The notes under the pieces are model-generated. The model worked only from the letters and a program-made list of their open reading frames with translations, searched no databases and was not told where the DNA came from. Made by a program: the position numbers and the translations under genes. A DNA stretch of 64,000 nucleotides, taken from NCBI RefSeq assembly GCF_963921235.1, contig NC_086109.1:4714001-4778000 (forward strand). Reading direction: 5' to 3'. Position 1 is the stretch's first letter. Each line of letters begins with the position of its first letter. Origin of the DNA: Mobula hypostoma (taxonomy: Eukaryota). Of the stretch, positions 50,206-61,286 are shown one piece after another.

Positions 50206-50574
50206 TAGCCGACGGGTCTCAAACCCTCGGTGAGATAGGGAGTTGTCTATTCCAGCATGTGAAGACAGACTCCGGTGGATTGAGCGGACGAGACCAATGG
50301 AAGGTCCAACGGTCAAGAAGGCGGTCTCTGCAAGCGTCGTGGAACGTGTAGAGCAGGACAAGACACAGAAGACGTCCTGGTCATCCACTGCGCCTAGTCC
50401 CATCTCCAGCCGTCTAGACTCTGTCTTGCCACTGGATTCAGATGGGAATTGGGAAGAGAGAGTGAGGCTGACACTGCACAACTCTCCCTCACTTAAATCC
50501 AAATCACGCGCTAGTCTCGACCCCATCATATTGGTGTCGAGGTCCTCATCGACGTCAATGATGGACGAACAAGA
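50021..50574 (+). mobile_element. Short non-autonomous RTE-like element with a 5' HDV-like fold
   Basis: Near-match 10-bp TSD ATGTTGAAAA / ATGTTGAGAA (50010-50019, 50575-50584); no ORF. RTE assignment is from recalled 3'-end resemblance only. Confidence 0.65.
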
Positions 50575-50619
50575 ATGTTGAGAAACAAGGTTACCAAAAA
50601 AAAACAGTGGTATTGAACA

Positions 50620-51235
50620 AGAGAAAATACGCAGATACTAGAAATCCAAGCAATACATAGAAAATGCTGGAGGCTAGGCAGCATCTATGGAAAAACAGTA
50701 CAGTTGATGTTTCGGGCTGAAACCCTTCAGCAGGACTGCAGAAAAAAGTTGAGGAGTCTGAGTAAAAGGTTGGGGGGACGGGAGGAAGGAACACAAGATG
50801 ATCAGTGAAACCGGGGGTGGGCTGGTGAAGTAAAGAGTTGGGAAATAGATTAATGAAAGCGATACAGGGCTGGAGAAGAGGGCATCTAATAGGAGTAGAC
50901 ACAAGGCCATGGAAGAAAGAAAGAGGGAGGAGCACCAGAGGGAGGCAATTGACAGGCAAGGAGATAAAGTGAGAGAGGGAAATGGGGATGGGGAATAGAG
51001 AATGGGGGGGGGTGTGGTGGCATTACTGGAAGTTCAAGAAATCGATGTTCATGCCATCAGGTTGGAGGCTACCCAGATGGAATACAAGGTGTTGCTCCTC
51101 CAACCTGAGTGTAGCCTCATCGCGACAGTAGAGGAGGCCATGGATGGACATATGAGAATGGGAAGTAGGATTAAAATGGGTGGCCACTGGGAGATCCCTC
51201 TTTTTCTGGCAGATGGAGCACAGGTGCTTGGCGAA
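50620..51235 (-). mobile_element. Older Penelope-like 3' fragment
   Basis: GIY-YIG C-terminus LPVATHFN...LRLEEQHLVFHLGSLQPDGMNIDF; decayed hammerhead at 50702-50737. Confidence 0.82.
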
Positions 51236-53228
51236 GTGGTATTGACTGATCTCTTGTGTGGAACGAAGGGGAGGAGAGTGCCCCCCCACCCCACCCCGGA
51301 ATTCAGTGTACTATGGACGCCAATAACTGTTTTTTAATATGAATATAGTAACTGTATTGAAACCCTTAACCTTTGTATGTTTTTTGTCACTGAATGAAGT
51401 TTTATACGTTTTATAAAAAATAGAAAGGTGGGGAGTACAGCCTGGCCACAGGGCCGATACCAAACAAGATAGCCTTGTCGCAGCATCCATCAGCAGGGAC
51501 CCCTACCACCCTGCTCGTCATGTTCTCTTCTCACTGCTGCCGTCAGAAGCCTCAGGACTCACCCCATCAAGTTCAGGAACAGTTATTACCCCTCAACCAT
51601 CAGACTCTTGAACCAGAGGGGATAACGTCACTCAGCCCAACAGTGAACTGCTCCCACAGCCTATGGACGTGCTTTCAAGGAGTCTTCATCTCATGTTCTT
51701 TGTATTTATTGCTTATTTATTTAGTATTTTGTTTTTATTTTATTTGTTTTTCCCCTCTTTTTGTATTTGCAGAGTTAGTTGGGGTTTTTTTGCATATTGG
51801 TTGTTGGTATTGTTTGCTGTACTTATATCCACAAGAAAGTGAACTTCAGGGCTGTATATTGTGACATATGTGTACTTAGATAGTAAATTTACTTTGAACG
51901 TTGATATTCTCGGGACACAGAGAAATTCCTGGGATAGTTTAAGTCAAGGTTTCCCATCCTGGGGCCTGTGGACTCCTTGTTTAGTTGTATTGGTCTATGG
52001 CATAAAAAAGGTTGAGAACCCTTGTTTAAGATAACTCCAACAAGGATCTAAACCAACAGTAGAATCAGGAAAATTCAGAAAGATTTGGTCCAGGTGTGGG
52101 TCAATGGGACTAGGCAGAGTAATAATATGGCGCGGAATCGATGGAACAAAGGGCTGCTTCTGTGCTGTAGAGCTCTGTTACTCTAAGACTCTAATAATAA
52201 AGCTGCAGGAATCCAAAGAACCCAACATCTGAATAATATTGATTCACAGATATACAAGCAAAGTGCTGAGGGATGGCACAATACTGTAGCAGTGAGCATA
52301 ACATAATGACAGGAACGACATCCAGGTTCAATTCCCACCGTGTTTGTAAGTAGCTTGTAAGTACTCCCTGAGACGGCATCGGTTTCCTCCCACAGTACAA
52401 AATTGTACAGGTTAGTAGGTCACATGGGTATAGCTGGGCGGCCGTGTCTCATTGGACTAGAAGGGCTTGTTACTGTGCTGCATCTCCACATTAAGTATAT
52501 TTAATTAAAAAAAACAGAAAATGCACTATGGCATCTACAGGTCTCTTCCAGTCACACTTAGAATGTCTAGAGCAGATCCAAGCTGTTCCATACAGTAAGG
52601 TTCAGCATATGGGCAGTTAGGATTCTTTAAATATAATGGCTCATGGATGATATAAAAGTAGAGGGTTATGTAGGAGGGAAGGTTTAAAGTAGGTCAAAAG
52701 GTCAGCACACCATGGGCCAAAGGGCTTGTACTGTGCTGTATTGTTCCTATGATCTGAATGACAATAGTAAGAGTAAGGAACGAATTACACATTAAATGTT
52801 GGGTCTGGAAGACCGAAGTTATAAGGAAAGGTCGAATAGGTTTGGACTTTATTCCTTAGAATATAAAAGATTGAGCAGAGATTTGATAGAGGTACACAAA
52901 ATTATGAGGAGTATACCCACTGAGGTTGGGTGGACTATAACCAGAGGTCATGGGTTAAAGGTGAAAGGTGAAAAGTTTAAGGGGAACATGAGGGGAAACC
53001 TTCACTCAGAGGGTCGTGAAAGTGTGGAACGAGCTGCCAGCACAAGTGGTGCATGCAAACTCAATTTCAATATTTAAGTAAAGCTTGGATAGGTACGTAG
53101 ATGGGAGGGCTATGGTCCTTATGCAGATGGATGAAAGTAGGCAGTTTAAATGGTTTGGCATGGACTAGATGGGCCAAAGGGCCTGTTTTTCTACTATAAT
53201 CCTCTGTGACTCTAAATTGTCAATGTTC

Positions 53229-53816
53229 AATTTGAAGTAGCAAAATACAAACATAAATTAAAATTAATTTCAGCATTTAGTATTTTATTCCATATTCCCG
53301 TTCAACACAGGAAACAGACATTTTGGTCATCAGGTCTATGCTGTTCTGTGGTGGGATTAGTACAGATATGCATGGTGGTCAGCATAGACTCAATGGGCAA
53401 AAAGCCTACAGGTAATGGCTCTTCTGTCTATGTTCCAGATCCCACTTATCCATACAAGAGTACAATTCACAGTGGGCAATTAACCTACTATCACACACAT
53501 CTTTGGGATGTGGAAAAATGTCGAACATTCGGGGAGAGAGATCCACATGGTCACTGGGAGAACATACAAAGTCCACACAGACAGTGCCAGAGTTCAGGAT
53601 TGAACACAGGTCACTGGAACGGTGAGGCAGTGCATGTACCAGTTAGGCCACTGGCCTGCACGCTGCACCATTCATACTGCAGCTCTGGGCAGGAACTCGC
53701 CACTGCCTCCTATTTGTCACTCACAGGTAGGCAATAAAATTTCAGTCCTGACCACGATGAAACATAACAAAATCTCAAATGATTCAATTCAGAATTGCTT
53801 TCAATTTCTTTTTCTT
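53229..53816. repeat. 588-bp direct duplication, copy 1 (copy 2 at 56881-57468)
   Basis: Appears identical by eye; the ORF track gives identical translations of both copies. Confidence 0.92.
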
Positions 53817-56711
53817 GCCAATTTTATCACTGTGAACATAAAAATCACTTCTTGTTTTCTTTAATTGGTTTACAATCGAGGACGAGAGTAGTAAACTGTA
53901 TTCCATTTGAAGTTCAGTTCTTTGTTTGTATAGCTCCTCAGAAGGAGCCATAACATATTTCTTATCAATTTCTTTAATCTTGTCCATAATTGCCATCTCC
54001 TCCTGCTTCTGTTTCTTCCTCAAAGCAGCGGAATACGAAATAATCTGACCCCGAATATAGGCTTTAAAAGTGTCCCAAAGAGTGTTAACCGAAATATCTT
54101 CTGTATGGTTAATTGTAAAAAAAAGCTCAATCTGTTCATTCATAAAATTAACAAAGTCCGAGTCCTGAAGCAACAGCGAATTAAAACGCCATTGTCTATT
54201 GTTCGGTATATTGGCCATAATTTTAATAGAAAGCTTAAGTGGAGCATGATCCGAAATGGTTATAGAATCATAATCACATTCAATCACTGAAGGAATGAGA
54301 CGAGAATCAATAAAAAAATAATCAATTCTTGAATAGGAATGATGAACATGTGAAAAAAAGGAAAAATCTTTTTCCTGAGGATGCAGAAAACGCCAAATGT
54401 CCGTCGACCCAGAATCAGAAAGGAAAAAATTAATCAAATTTGCAGATTTATTAGGTAAAGTCCGTAAAGGAGCCGAACGGTCCAAAGCTGGAGATAAGCA
54501 GGTATTAAGATCTCCGCCCCAAATCAATGAAAACTCGTTCAAATTCGGAAACTGATCAAACAATGGTTTATAAAATTCTGGACAATCCATATTAGGAGCA
54601 TAAACATTAACCAAAACTACTTTTTTATTAAATAGTAAACCACTAACCAATAAAAATCTACCATTCGGATCAGAGATAATATCCTGTTGTATAAAAGTAA
54701 CTGAGGAATCTATAAAAATAGAGACGCCTCGAATCTTAGCATTGGAGTTCGAATGAAATTGTTGTTCCTTCCAGAATTTGAAAAAACGTAGTCTGTCCCC
54801 CCTCCGCACATGGGTCTCTTGTAAAAATAAAATTTGTGCTTTAAGTCTCCGGAACACTTTAAAAACTTTTTTTCTTTTAATAGGATGATTAAGACCATTA
54901 GTATTCCAGGAGACAAAATTAATAATAGACTCCATAAATCCTAAAGTCAACCCACAACAAGGAGGATTGACAATAGGCGCGACCCACAAACCCGGAGAGG
55001 AAACAGAACATACAAAAGATACCAGGGAAAAGGACGCAACCAGTACTTCAATAATGTATATAGCCCAAAGAAAAACAAACTAAAACGTGAAGCCCCTCCC
55101 GCCACCCCCCAGCCCAAGACCCCAAGGCAAAATCTAAAGCAGACCCGCCAGAAAGAAGCAAGCGCTAAAACTACCCCCATGACTTCCGGTATACGCTCCC
55201 TAAAAAAAAGGTATAAATATGAAAAGGATCAGCTAATTGTAAAACAGTAAAAAAAAAGTAAAAAAAAGTTAGCTCAATTAGAATACACACAGAACAGAAC
55301 AAAAGCCGGAAAATATATATTAAAAAAAACCACAATAAACCTCAAACTCATGAATAGACACAGCAACAAAAAAAAAATAGGATTATTAACATAAAGTGAT
55401 TATAAAAAGCAAAACAGAATAAAATTTAAAAAAAACTACAAAATTTAAGGCCGCACAGGAAATACGTAAGATGACAAAAGGGAAGTAACCACCCAGAATC
55501 CCCTGGGAAAAGAAAGAAATGACGCAGTTAAAAAGAAAGTTTAGCAGCCATATTAAGAAATCGAAAGTAAACTTTTCTGCCCAAATAGGGCACAGAAAAG
55601 TTAAAACCAACCAATTCACAGCCTCCGATCAACGGAGAAAATTAAAAAAAAGGCAATTAAGATGTTGAAGATGAAAGTTGATCCAGATAACTCTGGGCAT
55701 CCGATGGAGAATCAAAAAAACGAAGGGCTCCATCTAACATGCGAATCCTTAGACGTGCAGGGTACAGCAGCGCTGGTCTTAAATCCATCTTATAGAATTC
55801 CGACATCACGGATCTGTAACGGACCCGTTGGTCCCAGATTGGTTTACTGAAATCTTCCACGAATCGGAACTTAAGATCCGAAAAATCAATGAAACCTTTA
55901 GATCGAGCGAATCGAAACAGTCTCTCCTTGTCTTGAAAGTAATGAAAACGTAAGATAACATGCCTAGGTCTATCTGACCTAGACGAGTATGATGGGATTC
56001 TGTGAACACGATCCAGTAGCGGTGGTTGGTCAGGAAATACAGTAGGGAATGCATCTTTTAAAAGTTGGGAGAAATATTTCATAGGGTTGTTAGCTTCCAC
56101 GGCTTCCCTGACGCCAATCATTTGTAAATTCTGCCGTCGCATTCTAGATTCCAAGTCAGAGTTTTTAAAAGTCAAAAAGTCAAGTTTCTTCTTCATTACA
56201 TTAATTGTTTCTTCGATTTTCCCCATCTTAAGCTCACTTTGTTGCGCGGATTTTTGAAGATCAGATATAGCCGACTGATGTTCCGCAATACATGTTTGCA
56301 TCTTATCAATTAAATCGGCAATTTTCTGGAACTTAGTTGAGATTTCCGTATGAATCAGGTCTTTAACAAAGCCCGCAATTTCTGTACGAATCATCTCCCT
56401 AACAGAGGTTGAAATTTCCCTCTGAATTAACTCCGATATCGCTTTCAAAGTCACCGGTGATTCAGTCGGAGGGAGATCCGTAGCTTTCGGTTTAACCGGA
56501 GGTTTACCATCCTTGCCGTCTTTCCCGTTCTTAGACATAGCCGATCTCAGTATCATCCAATTGTCAGAGAATTCAGTTTAATTCAAAGTATTGTAAAAAT
56601 TGATGCCTTAATAGTTAATTAAAGTATAGCTGACCATAGAGAAAAAAACTCAGAGGTAATGGAGCGAGTCAAGAACGCGACTTCACTCCATGAGCGCTAC
56701 CGGAAGTCCCC
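53817..56711 (-). mobile_element. 5' half of L1 (5' UTR, intact ORF1 55657-56556, ORF2 endonuclease), 3'-truncated
   Basis: Collinear with 38055-40941; no RT, tail or left TSD. Confidence 0.93.
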
Positions 56712-56880
56712 CAAGAATCTATCAACCTCTACCTTAATTATACTTAATGACGGCCTCCACAGCCGCATGTGGCAACATAAGGTGCTTGGAAGAAGGTACA
56801 GAGGAGATGTCAGGGGTAAGTTTTTTTATGCAGAGAGTGGTGAGTGTGTGGAAAGGGCTGCTGGCAACGGTGGAGTAGCA

Positions 56881-57468
56881 AATTTGAAGTAGCAAAATAC
56901 AAACATAAATTAAAATTAATTTCAGCATTTAGTATTTTATTCCATATTCCCGTTCAACACAGGAAACAGACATTTTGGTCATCAGGTCTATGCTGTTCTG
57001 TGGTGGGATTAGTACAGATATGCATGGTGGTCAGCATAGACTCAATGGGCAAAAAGCCTACAGGTAATGGCTCTTCTGTCTATGTTCCAGATCCCACTTA
57101 TCCATACAAGAGTACAATTCACAGTGGGCAATTAACCTACTATCACACACATCTTTGGGATGTGGAAAAATGTCGAACATTCGGGGAGAGAGATCCACAT
57201 GGTCACTGGGAGAACATACAAAGTCCACACAGACAGTGCCAGAGTTCAGGATTGAACACAGGTCACTGGAACGGTGAGGCAGTGCATGTACCAGTTAGGC
57301 CACTGGCCTGCACGCTGCACCATTCATACTGCAGCTCTGGGCAGGAACTCGCCACTGCCTCCTATTTGTCACTCACAGGTAGGCAATAAAATTTCAGTCC
57401 TGACCACGATGAAACATAACAAAATCTCAAATGATTCAATTCAGAATTGCTTTCAATTTCTTTTTCTT
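56881..57468. repeat. 588-bp direct duplication, copy 2
   Basis: Matches 53229-53816. Confidence 0.92.
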
Positions 57469-57550
57469 TTAAACAAATTAATGAAATGTTTTGACAAGTA
57501 CTGCATTTCAATCAATTTACTCTTGGAAAATTATACAAAGGTTTACATAC

Positions 57551-57574
57551 CAACACTTGTTCCGACAGATCCAC
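57551..57574 (-). CDS. Gene B micro-exon, putative GPI omega-site region
   Basis: Acceptor ...ctcccaactaaag|, donor |gtatgt, 24 nt, phase 1-1. Encodes (G)GSVGTSV, all small residues. Confidence 0.65.
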
Positions 57575-58287
57575 CTTTAGTTGGGAGATTTAAAAAAATT
57601 GATTATAGGTACCATAAATGCAAATACACTCTTCAGTATTGTATAAGTAATTCATTACTGATACTGAACAAAACAGTATTGTATGGTCTTAATTATATCA
57701 CTAGTTCTGCATTAAAAGTGACCATACTGTAAACAGAGATAAGGAAAATAATTTTAGAAATAGGACTCTAGTTCATATTACAAGGTGTTTCTGGTCTCAG
57801 GTCGTTTTTTTTTGTTACTCTATCATGCACTTTTGATTGGGGCAGATTGCAAATAACAAACTGAACTGAACAGAACTGAATATGCCTGGACTCTTCGATT
57901 TTTTGTTTTCTATTCTGTTTTTCACTTTTTTTTAAGTTGCCGTTTGTGCAATTTTATTTTGCAAGGGAGGGTTGATTTTTTTTGTTGAATGCTTCCATGG
58001 TTTTCTGTGTTTCATGGCTGTCTGTTGGAAAATGAATCTCAAAATTGTAGACTACTTACACATTTTGATAATAAATGTACTTTGAATTTAAATTTTCTAT
58101 CTTTGAGTTTTGCTTGAGGTCTTGAACAAATTCTAATGATTTTTGGGTTCCTGTGCATGCTACAATCTTTGACAAGCACCAAATATTGCAGAATCAGAAA
58201 TAAGGATCAGAATCAGGCTTATTATCACTGATATCTGTTGTGAAATTTGTCTTGTGGCAGCAGTTGAGTGCAGTAAGAAATATATAC

Positions 58288-58570
58288 GGGGTGACAGGGT
58301 GAAGATATGCTTCTACCAAAGGAGGTGTAAGGCACTCCTTTCCTCTGCTAGCCTGTGGGTCACCCTTAGACAAGGTGTAGCACCTGCTTAGTCACTTGAT
58401 CAGGGTCACATGAAGCCACGGGAGCAGTCGTATGAGCAGCTGGTGCACATCCAGGTCCTGGTTATGTGACCACTGACACCAGGCAGACAATCTCTGAAGA
58501 GTATTGATAATGGCCAGGGTCACCTGTCTTGTAAAGATACCGCCCAGAAGAAACCGCTTCTGTAGAAATA
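58288..58570 (+). mobile_element. Short SINE-like element with a decayed HDV-like 5' end
   Basis: Same family as 42670-43000; AGGGTGA/TCACCCT and GGTG/CACC pairings. Confidence 0.6.
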
Positions 58571-60320
58571 TTATATATTCTGTAGGATAACTGCTTTCTC
58601 TGGGCAGTGTCTTAAATAAATAATGCAAAAATAGTGAGGTCATGTTCATGGGTTCACGAACCATTCAGAAATTTGATAGCAGAAGCTGTTCCCAAAACAT
58701 TGAGTGAGGCTCCAGTAACTACTGCTTGATGGTAGTAATACTATGCACAGTGATTTATAAATTAATAATGATTAATCCTGCTATAGCAGATCCATCAGAC
58801 AAGGAGAGTTTCAGTAGGTTGGATCTGCATTCTTTAGGTTAGAAGAATGGGAGGATGCCACAAGCCCATAAGTAGTAGAAGCAAAGTTAGGCCATTCAGC
58901 CCATCAAGTCTGCTCTGCCATTCCATCATGGCTGGTTTATTTTCCCTTTCAACCCCATTCTCCTGCCTTCTCCCAGCAACCTATGATGTCCTGACTAATC
59001 AAGAACCTATCAATCTCTGCTTTAAATACACCCAAATGACTTGGCCTCTACAGATGTCTGTGACAACAAATTCCACAGATTCACTACCCTGTGGCTAAAG
59101 TTATTCCTCCTCATCTCTGTCTAAAGGGTTATCCTTCTATTCTGAGGTTGTGCTATTTCTAGATCCTTCCCCGCCCCCCCCATCGGAAACATTCTCCCAA
59201 TGTCCACTTGATCTAGGCTTATCGTTATACAAGTTTCAATGAGATTATCCCTGATACTTCTAAACTACAGCGAGTACAGATCCAGAGCCATAAAATGTTT
59301 CTCATCCATTAACTCTTACAATCCCAGGATCATTCTTGTAAACCACTTTTGGACCTTCTCCGATGCCAGCACATTCTTTCTTAGATCTGGGGCTCAACAC
59401 TGCTCATAACACTCCAAATATGGTCTGATAAATGCTTTATAAATACCTGAATAAGATATCCAAAGATCAGACTACAAGATATAGGAGCAGAATCAGGCCA
59501 TTCGGCCCATTGAGTCTGTTTTAATTGTGGAAGGATCAACAGGGTAGAGATGGGAGCAGGTTTATTCTGGCAGCGGTGTCCAGAACTTGAGGTCACAATC
59601 TCAAAATAAGGACTATTTAGGACTGAAACAAGGTTTAACTTCATAACTGTGCTGTTGCTACAGAACAACAAATTTCAAGAATATGTCAGTGATAATAAAC
59701 CTGATTCTGAATTAGGAATTTCTGCAGAACTCAGGATGAGGGGAGCAATTACTTGTGGGGACTAGCGCCAAATGAAAGTGAGCAGGACCTGTCAGGATCT
59801 TCTGCAGAGCCTGAGATCACTTGGGTAATTAGATAACTGGCAAGGGCCAATAAAAATAATTTGGGTTTTAGCTGTTCACATTTACGTCCTGACATCTCTG
59901 TCCGTGATGAGGCCACACTCAGATTGGAGGAGCAACACCTCAGATTCAACATCAGCATCTTCTCAGCAATCTGAAACTACTTCTTAACTTCTCTTGCTCA
60001 GTTCTGACATAAGGTCTCTGACCCAAATCATTAAATGCTCTCATTACAGATGTTGCCTTTACTGAGATTTTCCAGTATTTTTGCATTTTTAGTCAGTTTT
60101 GAAGCAGATTCTCCTTTACACGTTCAGATTTCAAGTGACAATTAGTGTTATCTCCAAATGGTATTTCTAAAAGTCTCTGAGAAACATTTTATTAATATTA
60201 CCAACAAATATGAATGAATATTTCAGAGCCCAATGCTGACCTCAAAGAACCTTACTTGCAACAGAAGACAACTGTTTTACAAGAATGTTTCCCGAAACAC
60301 GTCTGAAGATAAATACTTAC

Positions 60321-60371
60321 CAGTAGTAGCTGTTGTGGTATTTTGCATCGCTGTTGTGTTGTTACTTCCAG
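60321..60371 (-). CDS. Gene B Thr-rich stalk exon
   Basis: Acceptor tttctctctcctttattag|, donor |gtaagt, 51 nt, phase 1-1. Encodes GSNNTTAMQNTTTATT. Confidence 0.8.
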
Positions 60372-60613
60372 CTAATAAAGGAGAGAGAAATAAGATTATT
60401 CAAAGAGAAAGAAATAGGATTACTGAATGTCATTAGGTACAACTTGAAAAGAATATCCCTTAAACTTTTGCTAGTGATAAATAGTGTAATTGTGTGTAGA
60501 AGTGGTCTTCCTACTCACAGCCAATGAAGGGGAAAGAAATAAAATCATTTAACTCAGAAGGTAACAACCTGACAAACATATTCTTTAAACCTTTACTGGT
60601 GACAAATACTTAC

Positions 60614-60646
60614 TTGTTGGTGTAGAAGTTGTATTGCTACTCGCAG
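60614..60646 (-). CDS. Gene B duplicated stalk micro-exon with weak acceptor (possibly skipped)
   Basis: 33 nt, phase 1-1, encodes ASSNTTSTPT. AG and GTAAGT are intact but the polypyrimidine tract was deleted relative to the 61254 copy. Confidence 0.45.
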
Positions 60647-60687
60647 CTAAATTATTCAAACATCTCAGAAAGCAACAGCTTTACAAC

Positions 60688-61235
60688 CTCTGCAAGGGAC
60701 TGGCAGCTGTTGGTGGACCTTGAACAGCAGCTGAAGTTCCCCAACCATATGGCAGCCACCACCCTGCGACCAGACATTGTCCTAACATTTTGAGTCTACT
60801 AAGCAAGTGGTGCTGCTGGAGCTGACAGTCCCATGGGAAGATCGCTTGGAAGAGACCTTTGAAAGGAAGCTCTCCAACTGTCAGCAGGCTGGATGGAGAG
60901 CGAGGTGTCTCCCAGTGGAGGTTGGTTGTAGGGGATTCGTAGCCTGTTCCTTAGTTACAGCCTTCAGCAATTTGGGCATCGAGGGAGAGAGGAAGAGGAG
61001 AGCCATCTGCAGTACCACCGATGCGGCAGAGAGGGCCTCAAGATGGCTGTGGCTCCAAAGAGGGGAGCCATGGAGTCATAAGTAGCTAGCCATCTGGACA
61101 CAAGCTGGGGTCTGATCAGCCCCGGCTGGGTCACCTGGAGGAGGTTGTATGATGTTGAAAGACCCGAAACACCCAATGATTCCGGGAACATCACTGAAGA
61201 TGTGTCCAGAAGCATCAGTAGATGTATGTACACAG
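60688..61235 (+). mobile_element. 3' fragment of a HERO/R2-type RLE non-LTR retrotransposon
   Basis: TLRPDIVL..STKQVVLLELTVPWEDRLEETFERK..GWRARCLPVEVGCRGFV..AAERASRWLWL (PD-(D/E)xK nuclease), stop at 61085, structured 3' UTR. Confidence 0.82.
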
Positions 61236-61253
61236 CTGGTGACAAATACTTAC

Positions 61254-61286
61254 TTGCTGGTGTAGAAGTTATATTGATACTTGCAG
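61254..61286 (-). CDS. Gene B Ser/Thr-rich stalk micro-exon
   Basis: Acceptor tttctttcccctttag|, donor |gtaagt, 33 nt, phase 1-1. Encodes ASINITSTPA. Confidence 0.75.

Noticed and set aside
49966..50581. Overlapping 112-187 aa ORFs
   Set aside because: GC-rich structured non-coding retroelement; no protein motifs.
53348..53737. 129-aa ORF present twice (also within 56844-57389)
   Set aside because: Arises from the 588-bp duplication of SINE-derived intronic sequence; no coding features.
59753..59788. 36-nt phase 1-1 exon candidate PAHFHLALVPT
   Set aside because: No polypyrimidine tract and composition unlike the stalk exons.
60256..60271. 16-nt AG..GTAAGG micro-exon candidate (VFCC)
   Set aside because: Weak acceptor and frame-shifting length; unsupported without transcripts.
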